Positions 63,477 through 64,000 of a DNA stretch of 64,000 nt are shown piece by piece. The translations under genes were made by a program, and so were the position numbers. Location: NCBI GenBank assembly GCA_051388875.1, contig JBMFFR010000002.1, positions 218,981 to 282,980 of the forward strand, in the 5' to 3' direction. Within the stretch, counting starts at the first letter, position 1; each line of letters begins with the position of its first letter. This stretch comes from Candidatus Brocadiia bacterium JP1. GTDB lineage: Bacteria > Planctomycetota > Brocadiia > Brocadiales > Bathyanammoxibiaceae. The notes beneath the pieces are model-generated. The model was not told the DNA's origin. It saw only the letters and a list, made by a program, of their open reading frames with translations, and did not search any database.

Positions 63477-64000
63477 AAGTATATTTTATTGGTGCTGGAC
63501 CAGGGGACCCAGAACTTCTAACACTAAAGGGCAAGAGACTCCTGGAAAAGGCAGGCTATTGCCTCTATGCTGGCTCTCTTGTAAACGAAGAAATATTAAG
63601 ATATGCCAAGCCAGATGCCAGGAAGTATAACACCCATAACATGAGCCTGGAAGAGCAGGTAGAAATCTTCAAAAGGGCCAGGGCAGAGGGTGAAGATGTG
63701 GCCAGGCTTCATACAGGCGACCCCTCTATCTACGGTGCCATCCAGGAGCAGATGCAGGCACTGGAAATGCTGGGTATTGGCTACGAGGTGGTACCTGGGG
63801 TAAGCTCCTTCCTTGCTGCCGCAGCCAGCCTCAAACAGGAACTAACACTCCCAGGGGTATCTCAGACCATAATACTTACCAGAGTAGGGGAAAATACCCC
63901 CATCCCCGAGAAGGAATCTCTTAAGACCCTTGCCCAGGCCAGGGCCACACTGTGTCTATTCCTGAGCGCACAACAGTTAGAAAAGGCCATAGCAGAACTG
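63473..64000 (+). CDS. cbiF: Precorrin-4 / cobalt-precorrin-4 C11-methyltransferase (partial, runs off the window)
   Basis: Not in the ORF track because no stop lies in the window. My own translation reads 'VKVYFIGAGPGDPELLTLKG...LHTGDPSIYGAIQEQ...VPGVSSFLAAAA'. The GTG start overlaps the upstream TGA (GTGA). Confidence 0.9.
   Translation, partial: MKVYFIGAGPGDPELLTLKGKRLLEKAGYCLYAGSLVNEEILRYAKPDARKYNTHNMSLEEQVEIFKRARAEGEDVARLHTGDPSIYGAIQEQMQALEMLGIGYEVVPGVSSFLAAAASLKQELTLPGVSQTIILTRVGENTPIPEKESLKTLAQARATLCLFLSAQQLEKAIAEL

Overview
The window holds about 60 genes from a Gram-negative-type environmental bacterium with moderate GC (judged by eye, not computed). The lineage cannot be fixed without a database search. 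HEAT/TPR-rich exported proteins, a Firmicute-like mcsA-mcsB-clpC-radA block, Rnf genes and G-rich intergenic repeats would fit a Planctomycetota (anammox-like) or Nitrospirota-like genome, but that is only an inference. Housekeeping genes that can be read with confidence are ispF, smpB plus tmRNA, a PBP4-type dacB, ugd, nth, thiL-tsaE-mutL, queD, mcsA-mcsB-clpC-radA, pilD, hisH/hisA, larC, rnfE-rnfA-rnfB, rsmE, trkA-trkH and a partial cbiF/cobM. I saw no tRNA, rRNA, CRISPR array, transposase or integrase. Five segments are accessory or unusual. (1) 36.9-41.7 kb is a repeat-riddled stretch between larC and rnfE. It carries a TPR gene whose 3-prime end is tandemly duplicated, and a ChrB-like gene with two tandem HMA-fold genes lacking the CxxC motif, bracketed by the same palindromic hairpin. 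(2) lemA-DUF2207-DUF1848 looks like an operon of uncharacterised families. (3) A 926-aa orphan protein has only a C-terminal DUF362-like domain. (4) A DUF1858 / polytopic NnrS-like / DUF1858 membrane protein sits downstream of an rnfEAB set that has no rnfCDG. (5) A 10-gene glycan cluster, visibly more AT-rich and with no flippase or polymerase, is bracketed by direct copies of a ~105-bp repeat. An archaeal-style HPS-RraA fusion lies next to queD. All family assignments rest on motif recognition by eye; no search or computation was run.
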